The notes: generated from the sequence alone by a model not told the origin. DNA of 64,000 nucleotides from Capsulimonadales bacterium (GCA_033762295.1 JANRLW010000038.1:15810-79809), one strand, 5' to 3'. Positions 51,824-62,523 are shown, numbered from the stretch's first letter. Made by a program: numbers and translations.

Positions 51824-53434
51824 TCAGGCGGCGGTCGAACCGCCGTTCTCTTCCTCGTCTACGTCCTCTACGTCCTCGTCCGTCACGTCGCGTTCCAGTT
51901 CGTCGAGCGTCCGCACAAATTCGGCGGGAGTGGTCACCGCCGACAGTCGTTCCCGCAGCAACGTCGGCGAAAGGGTATCCGTCCGTGACAGTCGGACGCT
52001 GGTCGACTGGCCCGCGCCATCGGTGAGACCGAAACGGCTCCAGGTGACCGCGTGCATCCGTTCGGCGAATTTTTGTACGGCGATGCCCCGAACGATGGCC
52101 CGTGGCGACCCGGCCGGCGGTTCACTAACCGCGGCGGCGACGGACTCGTCGGATACAATGCGCCGTACCCGCCCTTCCTGTTCCAGACCGTAGTACAGTC
52201 CGGTCGCCGGATCGACATTGTGATACTCCAGGTCGATGCTCTGCAGCATCGGATCGTCCCAGGTCAGCCCCTCCGCCTCCCGGAACTCCTCCAGAAGCGA
52301 CTGCTTCGCTACCCAGTCCAGCGTGTCGGACAGGTGTCCCGGGTCGGACTCCAGCAGGTTCAGCACATGCTCCCACTCGTCGAGGACTTCGTCGGTCTCC
52401 GAGGACAGCCCGCGCAGACGTTGCTGGGCCGCCAGCAGATAATGCCGCTGCAGATCGACCGCCCCGATGACGCCGCCGGACAGCCGTTCGACCAGCCATT
52501 TTCCCGGTCCGGTCGCCATCCGGTTCGGATCGTGTGAAATCCGCTTGATCGCCGTCACCGGATCCCGGAGGGCGATCCCCTCGGGTTTCCAGCCGGTCTC
52601 GATCAGCCGCAACGTCAGCAACGTCGTTCCCACCTTGAGGAAGGTCGCGACCTCGCACAGGTTGGCGTCCCCGCAGATGACATGGAACCGGCGAAACTTC
52701 CTCGGGTCGGTATGCGGTTCGTCGCGCGTGTTGACGATCGGTCGGTTGTACAGCGTATCGACGGAGGCGATGGTCGTGAAGAAATCGCTGCGTTGCGACA
52801 ACTGGTAGACGCCGCCCCTGGCTTCCGCGCCGCCCCCCGCCACCGCCGCCTGCTGTTCGATGCCCACCTTGCCCGCACCGGCGAAGATCTGCCGCGTGAC
52901 CAGAAACGGCAGAACCGAGTGCAGCAGCTCCTCGAACGGCACGCCGCGATTGGTCAGATAGGATTCGTGCGTACCGTAGGACGCGCCATGATAGTCGGTG
53001 TTGTTCTTATACAACGCGACCAGTCCGCCGCCCATTTTCGCCATTCGCCGCTCGGCGCAGACCTGCATCACCCGTTCGCCCGCCCGGTCCTGCGCGATCA
53101 GTTCCTTGATCGACGTGCACTCGGCGGTGGAAAACTCCGGATGTCCGTGGTCGTTGTACAGGCGCGCCCCGGACGGCAGAACCCGATCGGAGCGGACTTC
53201 GACATCGGTGGAGTGCGGTCGTCCGGACTGTTCGAACTGGGCGTCCTGCGGGTCGATCGACAGATGATCAACCGTGAAACCGCGCATATCTCGCCGGGGA
53301 TGTTCCTGTCGGTAATCCCAGCCGACGGCGACCGGAGGCGGATACAGTTTGACCAGATGCGTCGCTTCGGCAACCAGGTCCTGCGCCCCTTTGCCCTCGA
53401 CATAAATTCCGTATTCGGTCTCGATGCCAATCAA
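51824..53434 (-). CDS. dop: Dop-type deamidase/depupylase (PafA2 family)
   Basis: GIETEYG, WDY..E.P.RD.RGF Dop loop, DHGHPEFS and NTRDEPH motifs. Confidence 0.9.
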   Translation of the reverse strand: MIGIETEYGIYVEGKGAQDLVAEATHLVKLYPPPVAVGWDYRQEHPRRDMRGFTVDHLSIDPQDAQFEQSGRPHSTDVEVRSDRVLPSGARLYNDHGHPEFSTAECTSIKELIAQDRAGERVMQVCAERRMAKMGGGLVALYKNNTDYHGASYGTHESYLTNRGVPFEELLHSVLPFLVTRQIFAGAGKVGIEQQAAVAGGGAEARGGVYQLSQRSDFFTTIASVDTLYNRPIVNTRDEPHTDPRKFRRFHVICGDANLCEVATFLKVGTTLLTLRLIETGWKPEGIALRDPVTAIKRISHDPNRMATGPGKWLVERLSGGVIGAVDLQRHYLLAAQQRLRGLSSETDEVLDEWEHVLNLLESDPGHLSDTLDWVAKQSLLEEFREAEGLTWDDPMLQSIDLEYHNVDPATGLYYGLEQEGRVRRIVSDESVAAAVSEPPAGSPRAIVRGIAVQKFAERMHAVTWSRFGLTDGAGQSTSVRLSRTDTLSPTLLRERLSAVTTPAEFVRTLDELERDVTDEDVEDVDEEENGGSTAA

Positions 53435-53596
53435 CCGGATTTTGCCTCCCCGTCAGGCATTGCCCGAACGATGTGATCCTATTGTACCCGCGAACGGTTT
53501 TGCGGCAACCGCCCGAATGGGCAGGAAGGGACAGGAAAGGGCCGCGGACTCCCGGCAACAGGGAATCGGGTACAATCACAGGCAAGAAAGCCCACC

Positions 53597-54787
53597 ATGC
53601 AAGACTCCATCCCTTCCGCCGTTTCCGCGATCCTTCCGGAGATCGTCGCCCTGCGCCATGATCTGCACCGCCACCCGGAGCTTTCCGGGCAGGAGGAGCG
53701 CACCGCCGGGGTCGTCGCCGGCATTCTCGCCGACCGGGGCATCGCCCATCGAACCGGTGTCGGTGGGTCGCACGGCATCGTCGCCGAAATCCGGGGGACG
53801 GCGGGCGACGGCAAAACGCTTGCCCTGCGCGGGGATATGGACGCCCTGCCGATCGTCGAGGAGAACGAGACGCCCTACAAGTCGCAGGTTCCGGGCAAAA
53901 TGCATGCCTGCGGTCACGACGGCCATACCGCGAACCTGGTCGGCACGGCGCTCGTCCTGAACCGCCTTCGGGACCGGTTCGCCGGACGGGTGCGCCTGCT
54001 GTTTCAGCCCGCCGAGGAGACGGTCAGCGGGGCGAACGCCATGATCGCCGGCGGCGCGATCGACGAAGTCGATGCGATCGTCATGCTCCACGGCTGGCCC
54101 AACCTGCCCTCCGGAACGATCGGCGTCCGCACCGGCCCGGCGATGGCCTCCTCCGATCATTTCCGACTGGTTCTGCACGGCAAGGGCGGTCATGCCGCCT
54201 ACCCGCATCACACCGTCGATCCCGTCCTGATCGGCGCACAGGTCGTCACCGCCCTGCAGAGCGTCGTCGCCCGCGAGATCAACCCGGTCGCGCCCGCCGT
54301 CGTCAGCGTCACCCGATTCCATGCCGGCACGGCGACCAACATCATCTCCCCCTCGGCGGAACTCGGTGGGACCGTGCGAACGCTGGACGAGGCCCTGCGT
54401 CAATCCATGCCGGAGCGGATCGAGCGAATTATCGCCGGAATCTGCAACGCCTTCCGCGCCGAGTACGACTTCCGCTACCACTTCGGCACCCCGGTCACGG
54501 TCAACTCCGCCCCGATCTCCGAACTGATCCGTCAGGTCGGCAGCGAACTGCTTGGCCCGGACAAGGTGGTCGAACTGGCCGAACCGACGATGGGCGCAGA
54601 AGATTTCGCCTTTTACGTGCAAAAAATCCCCGGCGCGATGTTCCGGCTCGGCGTCGATTGTCCCTACGGCCTGCATCACCCGAAATACGACTTCGGCGAC
54701 GCCCCGCTCGAAACCGGCATCGCCATGATGGCCGGACTGGCGATGCGCTTCAACGACGCCCCCGCCCCGCCCCGCCTTACGGCCTGA
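53597..54787 (+). CDS. M20D amidohydrolase
   Basis: HPELS, RGDMDALP, MHACGHDGH, FQPAEE and AEDF motifs. Confidence 0.93.
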   Translation: MQDSIPSAVSAILPEIVALRHDLHRHPELSGQEERTAGVVAGILADRGIAHRTGVGGSHGIVAEIRGTAGDGKTLALRGDMDALPIVEENETPYKSQVPGKMHACGHDGHTANLVGTALVLNRLRDRFAGRVRLLFQPAEETVSGANAMIAGGAIDEVDAIVMLHGWPNLPSGTIGVRTGPAMASSDHFRLVLHGKGGHAAYPHHTVDPVLIGAQVVTALQSVVAREINPVAPAVVSVTRFHAGTATNIISPSAELGGTVRTLDEALRQSMPERIERIIAGICNAFRAEYDFRYHFGTPVTVNSAPISELIRQVGSELLGPDKVVELAEPTMGAEDFAFYVQKIPGAMFRLGVDCPYGLHHPKYDFGDAPLETGIAMMAGLAMRFNDAPAPPRLTA

Positions 54788-55000
54788 CCCAAGGTCGGAC
54801 TACTGATCCGGCGACGAGTCCCCACTGTGTCAATTTTAGCCGCCTAATCCTTACCAATTTTCGTCCACTTGTCAGGCGAGCATTCATAATATAAACTCTT
54901 TGTTTAGAAGCGATGATGCAATAGATTCGTGCCTCCTGACGTTTCCATACTTCCTCCGAATCAAAACTGTGCGTTTCGTCGGACTTCAAAGGAGATAATC

Positions 55001-56236
55001 ATGTTCCGTAGAAAGAGCTGTTGTCCGGTCGTATTGTTTGGAATTTTGGTGTTGATTGTCCACTCAGGTCAACCGGCGTTCGCTCAATCGGAAGAATCGG
55101 TGCCGAAAGCGGATTTGCTCCTTTCCGATTGGGAGCGAGCCTACCGGGAGTTGAAAGCAACTTTCCGCTCTTTCCAGGTCGTCGGGACGATCACCCATTC
55201 CGCATCGCCGGAAATCAAAGTCAACGGCAAAGCGGTCGACGATTCCAAAGAATTCTGGCGATCAAAACGCCAGGGCAATAAACTCTTCATTGACGTTTCC
55301 AACAACGGCCGATTTGATTATAATCCGATTCATGACTACCGAGGACTCCGTCGAACCGCTTCCTTCGACGGCGTAAAGTGGTATTTTCTCGATAAAGACA
55401 ACACGCATCCAACCCCGTTACAAATGAAACAACTGGGATTCCGTGATCCGAAACGGGGCTATCCCTGGACGGAAGAAAGCCCATTCCCTCCCACGGGCTA
55501 TACCTCTACCACGGAATCATTTGTTCGGCGTAACGATCCGTTGCCCTCGCAGACGATGGGGAGTTTCTCTCCCTTCTGGTTCGATCCGATCGAATTCCTG
55601 TCCGATCCTATCCATCAACAATCGGAGAACCGAACGGCGATGTTTGCCGAAGTGCGAAAACTGTCGGAAACCCAAAATGGTAAAAAAGCGAAAGTCGGAT
55701 CGGTAGAAAAGATCAATGGCAGAGATTGCTTTCCGGTCGAAATTCCGCAACCTTCCGGATCAGGAAAATCCACTACACAGGTTCCGCAAAAAATCTGGTT
55801 CGCACGCGATCAGGGAAAATTCGTTCCCTGGCAATTTCAAATGAACCTTCCGTCAACGAGTCTCCGGTTAACCGTCACTTTTCTGTCCGATGCGCACTTC
55901 GCAAATACGTGGTATCCGACGTCGGCGGTTTATCGTGCGGAGTATCCCGAACCGGGAACGGGTCAATGGCGGATGTTCAAGCAGGACGTTCACCAGTGGA
56001 CTCTGACCCGCATTAACGAAAACTTCACGGATGAGGAATTTCGTATCGCCTTTCCCGCGTATGCGTCGGTTGTCTTTGACGATGGCCGCGTACAAGAACG
56101 TTCGGATTTTCCGGATCGTCCCTGGTTTACACGCACCATGGCCTTCGTTCTTCTTTCCATCGTTTTCATGGCGCTCGGACTGGTCATCGTCCTCCGTCGG
56201 CGATCCGCCGGAAAGGTGGAAAATCATGCGTCTTAA
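55001..56236 (+). CDS. Exported hypothetical protein with C-terminal TM anchor (LolA-like beta fold possible)
   Basis: AAGGAG SD; signal peptide; TM + RRR tail; AT-richer than its flanks. Confidence 0.65.
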   Translation: MFRRKSCCPVVLFGILVLIVHSGQPAFAQSEESVPKADLLLSDWERAYRELKATFRSFQVVGTITHSASPEIKVNGKAVDDSKEFWRSKRQGNKLFIDVSNNGRFDYNPIHDYRGLRRTASFDGVKWYFLDKDNTHPTPLQMKQLGFRDPKRGYPWTEESPFPPTGYTSTTESFVRRNDPLPSQTMGSFSPFWFDPIEFLSDPIHQQSENRTAMFAEVRKLSETQNGKKAKVGSVEKINGRDCFPVEIPQPSGSGKSTTQVPQKIWFARDQGKFVPWQFQMNLPSTSLRLTVTFLSDAHFANTWYPTSAVYRAEYPEPGTGQWRMFKQDVHQWTLTRINENFTDEEFRIAFPAYASVVFDDGRVQERSDFPDRPWFTRTMAFVLLSIVFMALGLVIVLRRRSAGKVENHAS

Positions 56237-56405
56237 AGGAAATCCGTCGACTCAGGTTTTGGAACAGGCGGGATGGTTGCTCGTATCCTGTCTGATAGGT
56301 CTGGTAATGGGATTGATAGTATTTCGCGTGATCGACTGGCGCAAACAGGCAGCGTTCAATGCGCTCCCGTCCGCCGCCTCACCGAGTTGCGGTTGCACGC
56401 GTTAA
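56226..56405 (+). CDS. Small TM peptide ending SCGCTR
   Basis: Overlaps the upstream stop; AAGGTGG SD; one TM helix. Confidence 0.45.
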   Translation: MRLKGNPSTQVLEQAGWLLVSCLIGLVMGLIVFRVIDWRKQAAFNALPSAASPSCGCTR

Positions 56406-56415
56406 GGCGTACGAC

Positions 56416-57618
56416 TTACGGCCTGACCCCCAGGCGCAACAGGGCGTCCCGCACTTCGAGCGACCGACGCCCGTTCGGATACAGACGCAGAATCTCGCGG
56501 TACTGGGCGATCGCCTGGGTCTTATCCGGATGGCCCTCGGAGATCCGCGCCAGACGCAACAACGCGAGTTCGGCATCCGGGTTCGTCGTGTCCTGACGGT
56601 AAAGCCGCTGCAGCAGCGGGATCGCCAACCCGAAGTTCCCGGTCCGCTCCAAAACCGCCGACAGGCGGAGCAGGAGCATCCCCGGCAGCGGACCCGCCGT
56701 CTCCGGAATCGACAGAAGCGCCTGCGTCAGAAGAACCGGGTCCGCCTTTTCGGACAGAGGGACCGCGTACCGCTGCAAAATCCCGACCGTTCCCGCCATA
56801 CGGGCCGGATCGTGGGCGTAATCGCGCGCCGCCTTCCGAACATAGGCCAGCGCCATCTCCGGTCGGGACGCCGGACCCTCGATCAACGTTTCCAGGTGCG
56901 CGAGCGGCAACGCATCGTAGTCGTTGCCGAAGTCGTCGCGCATCTCCTGCGCCTCGGAGTACTCGTTCGAGTCGCGCGGCGCGCGCATCGCCAGTACCCC
57001 CAGAAAACCGGCGACCGCCCCGCCGATATGGGCGAAATGGGCGACACCGTCCGCGCCGAGGAAGGCCAGACCGTTCAAAACGTCCAGCCCGAGATACAGC
57101 GCGATCACCCCCCAGGCCGGCCAGTGGATCGTCCCGATATCCCAGCGCGTCCAGTAGCCCCAGGAGAACAGAATACAGATCGTCGAGTGCGGAAAGAGGT
57201 ACAGATAGGCTCCGGCCATCCCCATGACCGCTCCCGACGCCCCGAGCGAAGGGGTGTCCGGAGACAGCAGTCCGGTAATCACGTCCTGCAGAAAACCGCC
57301 CGCGTACCCCGATACCAGATACAGAAGCAGATACTTTCCATGGCCGACCCGTCCCTCGACGCTCGACCCGAAGATCCACAAAAACAACATATTCCCGGCG
57401 ACGTGCAGGAGGTTCCCGTGCAGAAAGATCGCGGTCAGCATGCGCCCGAAGGTCAACTGGTTATGCGTGACGGCGAACTGCTCGACAATCTCCTTGCGGA
57501 CGGTCAGAAAGGCGTCGCAGGTCAGGGCGAAAATAAGTGTGTTGAGAAGTATCAGGCCCCAGGTGACCCAGGGGACGCGTTCGGGCGGATTTTTGGCGCG
57601 ATACGGCAGAAAGAGCAC
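56416..57618 (-). CDS. Rhomboid protease with C-terminal TPR
   Basis: FLHG..H..GNM.FLW, GASGA and AHIGG motifs. Confidence 0.9.
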   Translation of the reverse strand: MLFLPYRAKNPPERVPWVTWGLILLNTLIFALTCDAFLTVRKEIVEQFAVTHNQLTFGRMLTAIFLHGNLLHVAGNMLFLWIFGSSVEGRVGHGKYLLLYLVSGYAGGFLQDVITGLLSPDTPSLGASGAVMGMAGAYLYLFPHSTICILFSWGYWTRWDIGTIHWPAWGVIALYLGLDVLNGLAFLGADGVAHFAHIGGAVAGFLGVLAMRAPRDSNEYSEAQEMRDDFGNDYDALPLAHLETLIEGPASRPEMALAYVRKAARDYAHDPARMAGTVGILQRYAVPLSEKADPVLLTQALLSIPETAGPLPGMLLLRLSAVLERTGNFGLAIPLLQRLYRQDTTNPDAELALLRLARISEGHPDKTQAIAQYREILRLYPNGRRSLEVRDALLRLGVRP

Positions 57619-57681
57619 GTCGTGATGTCCTCCGGCGGGTAAGAACCGCGATACCGTCGGAGGTTGCAGGGTAAACGGGGA

Positions 57682-58524
57682 TTATCGACGGGCGATCAGG
57701 GCGACCCACTCGCCGTCGACCTGCGTCTCCACCCGCCCGAAACCGACCGCGGTCAGACCCTTGCGCACCGAGTCCGCCCGGTTGTCGATGATGCCCGAGG
57801 CGATCAGAACGCCGTCCGGTTTCACGGCCCGGAACAGTTCGGTCGCCATCCCCAGAATGACGTCGGCCAGGATATTCGCGACGACGATATCGAAAGCCCC
57901 CTCGGGCGGCAGGGAGGATTCGACAACCGGGATACGATCCTGGACGGCGTTCACGGCCACATTCTCACGCGCGACCCGCACGGCCAGCGGATCGTTGTCG
58001 GTCGCGCTCACCGTAGACGCACCGAGCAGAACCGCCGCGATGGCGAGTATCCCCGATCCCGTCCCGATGTCGGCCACGGTCGCGCCCGGCGTCACCGTCT
58101 CCTCCAGGGCGCGAAGACACAGCCGGGTGGTCGCGTGCAGACCGGTGCCGAAGGCCATCCCCGGATCGATCCGGACGATCAGATCGCCGGGATCGGGAGA
58201 GAAGTCTTCCCATGTCGGCTTGATGACGATCCGATGGCCGATCCGCTGCGGCTTGAAGTACTGCTTCCAGGCGTTCGCCCAGTCCTCCTCCTGAACGAAC
58301 CGGAGGTTGATCTCCCGTTTACCGCTCAGGTCGGGCGAGGCGTGAAGCGCGGCGCGAAGCGAGAGAAGGGTGTTTTCCAGACGATCGTCCACGGGAAGAT
58401 ACCCAGTAACGCTCGTCGGCGTGGCGACAAACCCCTGACATCCCGCCGTCTCCATCAGGAGAGCGCCGACAATCTCCTGCGCGTCCCCCGACATTTCGAT
58501 TTCCATGGCTGCCCAGCGATGCAT
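57682..58524 (-). CDS. prmA: Ribosomal protein L11 methyltransferase
   Basis: DPGMAFGTG.H.TT, DIGTGSGIL and VANIL motifs. Confidence 0.95.
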   Translation of the reverse strand: MHRWAAMEIEMSGDAQEIVGALLMETAGCQGFVATPTSVTGYLPVDDRLENTLLSLRAALHASPDLSGKREINLRFVQEEDWANAWKQYFKPQRIGHRIVIKPTWEDFSPDPGDLIVRIDPGMAFGTGLHATTRLCLRALEETVTPGATVADIGTGSGILAIAAVLLGASTVSATDNDPLAVRVARENVAVNAVQDRIPVVESSLPPEGAFDIVVANILADVILGMATELFRAVKPDGVLIASGIIDNRADSVRKGLTAVGFGRVETQVDGEWVALIARR

Positions 58525-58570
58525 CGTACGCAGATTGAATCATGAAGGGACCGGAGAGGCCAGCGGAATC

Positions 58571-58600
58571 GGTGTCAGGGGGTGTCAGGGGATGTCAGGC
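58571..58600. repeat. 10-bp tandem repeat x3
   Basis: GGTGTCAGGG GGTGTCAGGG GATGTCAGGC. Confidence 0.8.
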
Positions 58601-59611
58601 GCCATGCCCTCCGACCTTCCGCCAAAGCTTGCGGGCGACCCGCGCGACCTTGCGGGTCGCCCGCCCGGTCAGGTCGCTCCCCGTTTTCGGCGGACCGTCT
58701 CCTCGGCGCAAGGTCACCAGCGCGACCTCCGGGCGACAGTTGAAACGGATCGGCAGGGAGGACATACCGATCCCCCGGCTGACGTACAGTTGCGCCCGGT
58801 CAAAGGTCCCCCAGCCGGCGATCAGGGGAAATCCTTCCATGCCGCTCGGCGTCGGGGGCGGAAAACCGGGGACCACTACCTGGCCGCCATGCGTATGCCC
58901 CGCCAGCGCCAGACACGACCGATCCGTAACGTGGAAAACGCCCTTCGGATTGTGCGTCAGAAAGATCAGCGCCGAACCGTCCGGGACGTCGGCGAGGGCG
59001 GCGTCGCCATCGGGGCGACCGCGTTCCGTGTCCTCGATCGCCGCCAGATGCAGGTTCGGGACGATCTCCGCCGAACCGTTACGCAGCATCCGCAACGCGG
59101 AATGTTTCTCCAGATCGGCCGTGACCGCGTCGGCGTCCTCCCGGTAGTCGTGATTGCCGAGACAGCCCCAGATGCCGTAACGCGGGGTCAGTTCGCCCAG
59201 CATCCCGGCGACCGCGCGGGCGTCCGACGCGAAATGCTCGACAAAATCCCCGGTCACGACGACCAGGTCCGGACGAGCCGCCGCCGCCCGCGTGATCGCC
59301 TGCCGCAGAACGATGTCGGGGGTGGGCGCGCCCCGGTGCAGGTCGGTCAGATGGGCGATACGCAGTCCGTCACAGGCGGCGGGCAGATCGGGCAGAAAGA
59401 CCTCATGATCGGTAAGGTCGAGAGCGTAGGGTTCGATGAAGTGAGCGTGAACCGGCGCGGCGACGCCGGCGGTCAACGCCGCGCCGCACAGTTTCAAAAA
59501 GAATCGACGCGCGGCCTGTCTCCCCGAGAGACGCTTCTCCCGGTTCTCCCCGCCGACCGGGATCTCGCCCCGATCCGTCTCCTGTCGCACTCCCCGTTCC
59601 GATGTGGTCAT
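58595..59611 (-). CDS. Metallophosphoesterase (YkuE-like), possible Tat signal; start uncertain
   Basis: DLH, GDF, GNHD, HNP and GHTHGGQ motifs; ARRFFLK. Confidence 0.88.
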   Translation of the reverse strand: MTTSERGVRQETDRGEIPVGGENREKRLSGRQAARRFFLKLCGAALTAGVAAPVHAHFIEPYALDLTDHEVFLPDLPAACDGLRIAHLTDLHRGAPTPDIVLRQAITRAAAARPDLVVVTGDFVEHFASDARAVAGMLGELTPRYGIWGCLGNHDYREDADAVTADLEKHSALRMLRNGSAEIVPNLHLAAIEDTERGRPDGDAALADVPDGSALIFLTHNPKGVFHVTDRSCLALAGHTHGGQVVVPGFPPPTPSGMEGFPLIAGWGTFDRAQLYVSRGIGMSSLPIRFNCRPEVALVTLRRGDGPPKTGSDLTGRATRKVARVARKLWRKVGGHGA

Positions 59612-59674
59612 CCTACACCCGCTCCCCTTCGCTTCAACTTTGTCTGACAAAGCGATTTATTCTACCATGGCATT

Positions 59675-60391
59675 TTACGTGCCAGCGGCAGGGCCTGGTT
59701 CCGCGGAGGAGGATTGGAGCGAAAAACCGCATTGGACGCAAAAGCGGTCGTCCCGGCCCGCCGCCGTAAAACAACGGGAACAGCGCACGAAGGCATCGGC
59801 CGGCGTTCCGCAGCGGTCGCAAAAGAGGACACGGCGATCAGCCCCCCGGAAGCGGCCACAGGCGGCGCAGGTCCGTTCGAGCCGATTTCCCGCGAACCGA
59901 AAGGTTCCTCCCAGAACGAGGAGAACGCCGCCCCACAGGGTCCATTCCGGACCGGGACCGACGAAGTTCCGGGCGAGGACCGACGACGGGAAGGGTTCGA
60001 TCGGCGGCAGGCGGATCGCCTCCAGTCGCGCATTGATCGGAGCCAGTCGCTGCTTCACTTCCAGCACGCGGCGGGCGGTGGCGCGGCCGATCGTGCGCCG
60101 GGCGTCAGTGGCGATTCCGAGGCAGAGCAGTCCGAGGAACAGGGCGAGCAGCGGCGCGGAGCGCGGCCGCGTCAGGGCAAGCAGACCGCAGGCGGCGGTC
60201 GCGGCTCCCCACCCGACCAGTCCGGGCGGCGCGATCGGCATATCGAAGACGGTCAGCGTCTGCCAGGGCAGCAGGCTTCCCCAGAGGACCGCCCCGGCTC
60301 CGAAGATCGTCAGGGCGATCCCGGTCCGAAACACGACGCTTCCGGCGCGGCGGTGGGAGCGCACGCGCGGCGTTATCCTTTCAGCCGACAT
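59675..60391 (-). CDS. Membrane protein with C-terminal double zinc ribbon
   Basis: About 4 TM helices; four CxxC pairs. Confidence 0.7.
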   Translation of the reverse strand: MSAERITPRVRSHRRAGSVVFRTGIALTIFGAGAVLWGSLLPWQTLTVFDMPIAPPGLVGWGAATAACGLLALTRPRSAPLLALFLGLLCLGIATDARRTIGRATARRVLEVKQRLAPINARLEAIRLPPIEPFPSSVLARNFVGPGPEWTLWGGVLLVLGGTFRFAGNRLERTCAACGRFRGADRRVLFCDRCGTPADAFVRCSRCFTAAGRDDRFCVQCGFSLQSSSAEPGPAAGT

Positions 60392-60460
60392 CGTTTTATA
60401 ATACCGGCGAAACGGCGGTCACGTTCGCCCGGACTCGTCGATATGGGAGGCGCGACCGAT

Positions 60461-60500
60461 TGGTCCTCACGAGTCCTCACGGGTCCTCACGGGTCCTCAG
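60461..60500. repeat. 10-bp tandem repeat x4
   Basis: TGGTCCTCAC GAGTCCTCAC GGGTCCTCAC GGGTCCTCAG. Confidence 0.85.
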
Positions 60501-61327
60501 AGTCGGACAGCCGCATCGATGGCTTTCAAGGTCGCGAGCAGGTCGGGCAGACCGGCGAGCGGAAGCATGGTGGCGGCGTCCGAAAGCGCCTTCTCCGGCT
60601 CCGGATGCACCTCCAGGAACAGCGCGTCGATTCCCACGGCGACCGCCGCGCGGGACAGGTGCGGAACGAACTCCCGCTGCCCGCCCGATGAGGTCCCCTG
60701 CCCTCCCGGTTGCTGTACCGAATGCGTCCCATCGAAGACGACGGGGTACCCCGTCTCCGCCATCTGCGGCAGACCGCGAAAATCGACCACCAGCGTGTTA
60801 TAGCCGAACGAGGCTCCCCGCTCGCAGAGCAGGATCTTCTCATTCCCGGTCGAGGCCACTTTGGCGGCGACATTCCTCATGTCCCAGGGCGCGAGGAACT
60901 GTCCTTTCTTGATATTGACCGCCCGTCCGGTCTCGCCCGCCGCCAGCAGGAGGTCCGTCTGCCGCGACAGAAACGCGGGAATCTGGAGTATGTCGACCGC
61001 TTCCGCCACCGGAGCGCACTGCGCCGGATCGTGGACATCGGTCAGCGCCGGGATGCCGAACTCCTCCCGAATCCCGGCCAGAATCTCCAGCCCTTCCGCC
61101 ATAGGGTGCCCCCGAAACGAAGTCACCGACGTCCGGTTCGCCTTGTCGAACGAGGCTTTGAAAATATACGGGATACCGAGCGCATCGCAGGCCGCCTTTG
61201 CCGACGCCGCCACCTCCCGGCACAGATCCCGCGACTCGATCACACAGGGGCCTGCGATCAGGGCGAACGGTCGCCCGCCCCCGACGACCACGCTCTGCGA
61301 TATCTCAACGGTCTTCGTATTGCTCAA
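60497..61327 (-). CDS. kdsA: KDO8P synthase
   Basis: [24 protein letters not shown] and DGTHSVQ motifs. Confidence 0.96.
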   Translation of the reverse strand: MSNTKTVEISQSVVVGGGRPFALIAGPCVIESRDLCREVAASAKAACDALGIPYIFKASFDKANRTSVTSFRGHPMAEGLEILAGIREEFGIPALTDVHDPAQCAPVAEAVDILQIPAFLSRQTDLLLAAGETGRAVNIKKGQFLAPWDMRNVAAKVASTGNEKILLCERGASFGYNTLVVDFRGLPQMAETGYPVVFDGTHSVQQPGGQGTSSGGQREFVPHLSRAAVAVGIDALFLEVHPEPEKALSDAATMLPLAGLPDLLATLKAIDAAVRL

Positions 61328-61784
61328 TACGTGTCCCTTTCCGCCACATCCAGCGTTCCGGCTGAACCAGGGGTTCGAAACCGAACTGCGAATACAGCCC
61401 GTGCGCGTCCGCCGTCGCCAGCATCCAGCGTCGCTGTCCCTGCAACTCCGGCATCGACCAGATCACCGACATCAGCCACTTCGACAGCCCCTGCCCGCGA
61501 TGGGCCGGAAGGATGAAGACATCGCACAGGTAGGAGAACGTCGCAAAATCGGTGATGACCCGCGCCATTCCGACCTGCGCCCCGGTCGGCGCATGGTAGA
61601 CCCCGAACACGAGCGGCGATCCGTCGATCGCCCGTTCCACCGTCTCCCGCGCCACGCCCTGCGCCCAGTAGGACTCCGTCGACAGGAATCCGTGGACGGT
61701 GTCCCGATCGACCCGCCGACGATCGGTCGAGATCAGAAAATCGCCCGCGCGCCACTCCCGCAGCAGTTCGTTCCCGGTGTCCAT
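61305..61784 (-). CDS. GNAT-family N-acetyltransferase
   Basis: ARVITD, YLCDVFI, RGQGL and LYSQFGF motifs. Confidence 0.88.
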   Translation of the reverse strand: MDTGNELLREWRAGDFLISTDRRRVDRDTVHGFLSTESYWAQGVARETVERAIDGSPLVFGVYHAPTGAQVGMARVITDFATFSYLCDVFILPAHRGQGLSKWLMSVIWSMPELQGQRRWMLATADAHGLYSQFGFEPLVQPERWMWRKGTRIEQYEDR

Positions 61785-61785
61785 G

Positions 61786-62523
61786 TTACCCGCCTCCCGC
61801 GAAAAGACCGCGCACCCGCTCCAGGTCCTCCGGGACGTCCACCGACTCCGGGACCCGGTCCGTCTCCACCAGGCGGATGCGGTAGCCGTTTTCCAGCACG
61901 CGCAGCTGTTCCAGCGATTCGACCCGCTCCAGCGGGGTCTGCTCCAGCGTCGGAAACCGCCGCAGAAACTCCCGTCGGTAGGCGTACATCCCGATATGCT
62001 GCATCGGACGGTAGGGAGCGTCCTCGTTCCGCCGATGCGGCAGAGGCGACCGCGAAAAGTAGAGCGCGACTCCCCGCACATCACAGACCACCTTTACCAC
62101 CGCCGGATCGTGTTCCCGTCCCTCCGGCAGCGGGCACATCACCGACGCCATCGCCTCCTCCCCGTCCATGAGCGCCCCGGTCAGCTGATCGATCGTCGCC
62201 GGTTCGATCAACGGTTCGTCGCCCTGAATATTGACGATGAACCCCACATCCGGGGGGAGAGACTCCGCCGCTTCCGCCACCCGATCCGTTCCGGTCCGAT
62301 GCGCCGCCGAGGTCATCACTGCCCGGCCGCCGAACCCTTCGACGACCGCGCGGATCTCCTCGTCCGGGGTGGCGACCAGCACCCCGGCCAGACGCGTGGC
62401 CTTTCGCGCGCGTTCGTAGACGTGCTGAATCATCGGCTTTCCGGCGATATCGAGCAGCGGCTTGTTCGGGAGACGGAGGGCGGCAAGGCGTGCGGGAATG
62501 ATGGCGACAGCTTTATCCGACAT
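61786..62523 (-). CDS. kdsB: CMP-KDO synthetase
   Basis: IIPAR...RLPNKPL, NIQGDEP, ALYFSR and LEQLR motifs. Confidence 0.95.
   Translation of the reverse strand: MSDKAVAIIPARLAALRLPNKPLLDIAGKPMIQHVYERARKATRLAGVLVATPDEEIRAVVEGFGGRAVMTSAAHRTGTDRVAEAAESLPPDVGFIVNIQGDEPLIEPATIDQLTGALMDGEEAMASVMCPLPEGREHDPAVVKVVCDVRGVALYFSRSPLPHRRNEDAPYRPMQHIGMYAYRREFLRRFPTLEQTPLERVESLEQLRVLENGYRIRLVETDRVPESVDVPEDLERVRGLFAGGG

Noticed and set aside
51824..53434. Calling this gene pafA
   Set aside because: The Dop loop and the DH.HPE motif are Dop-type
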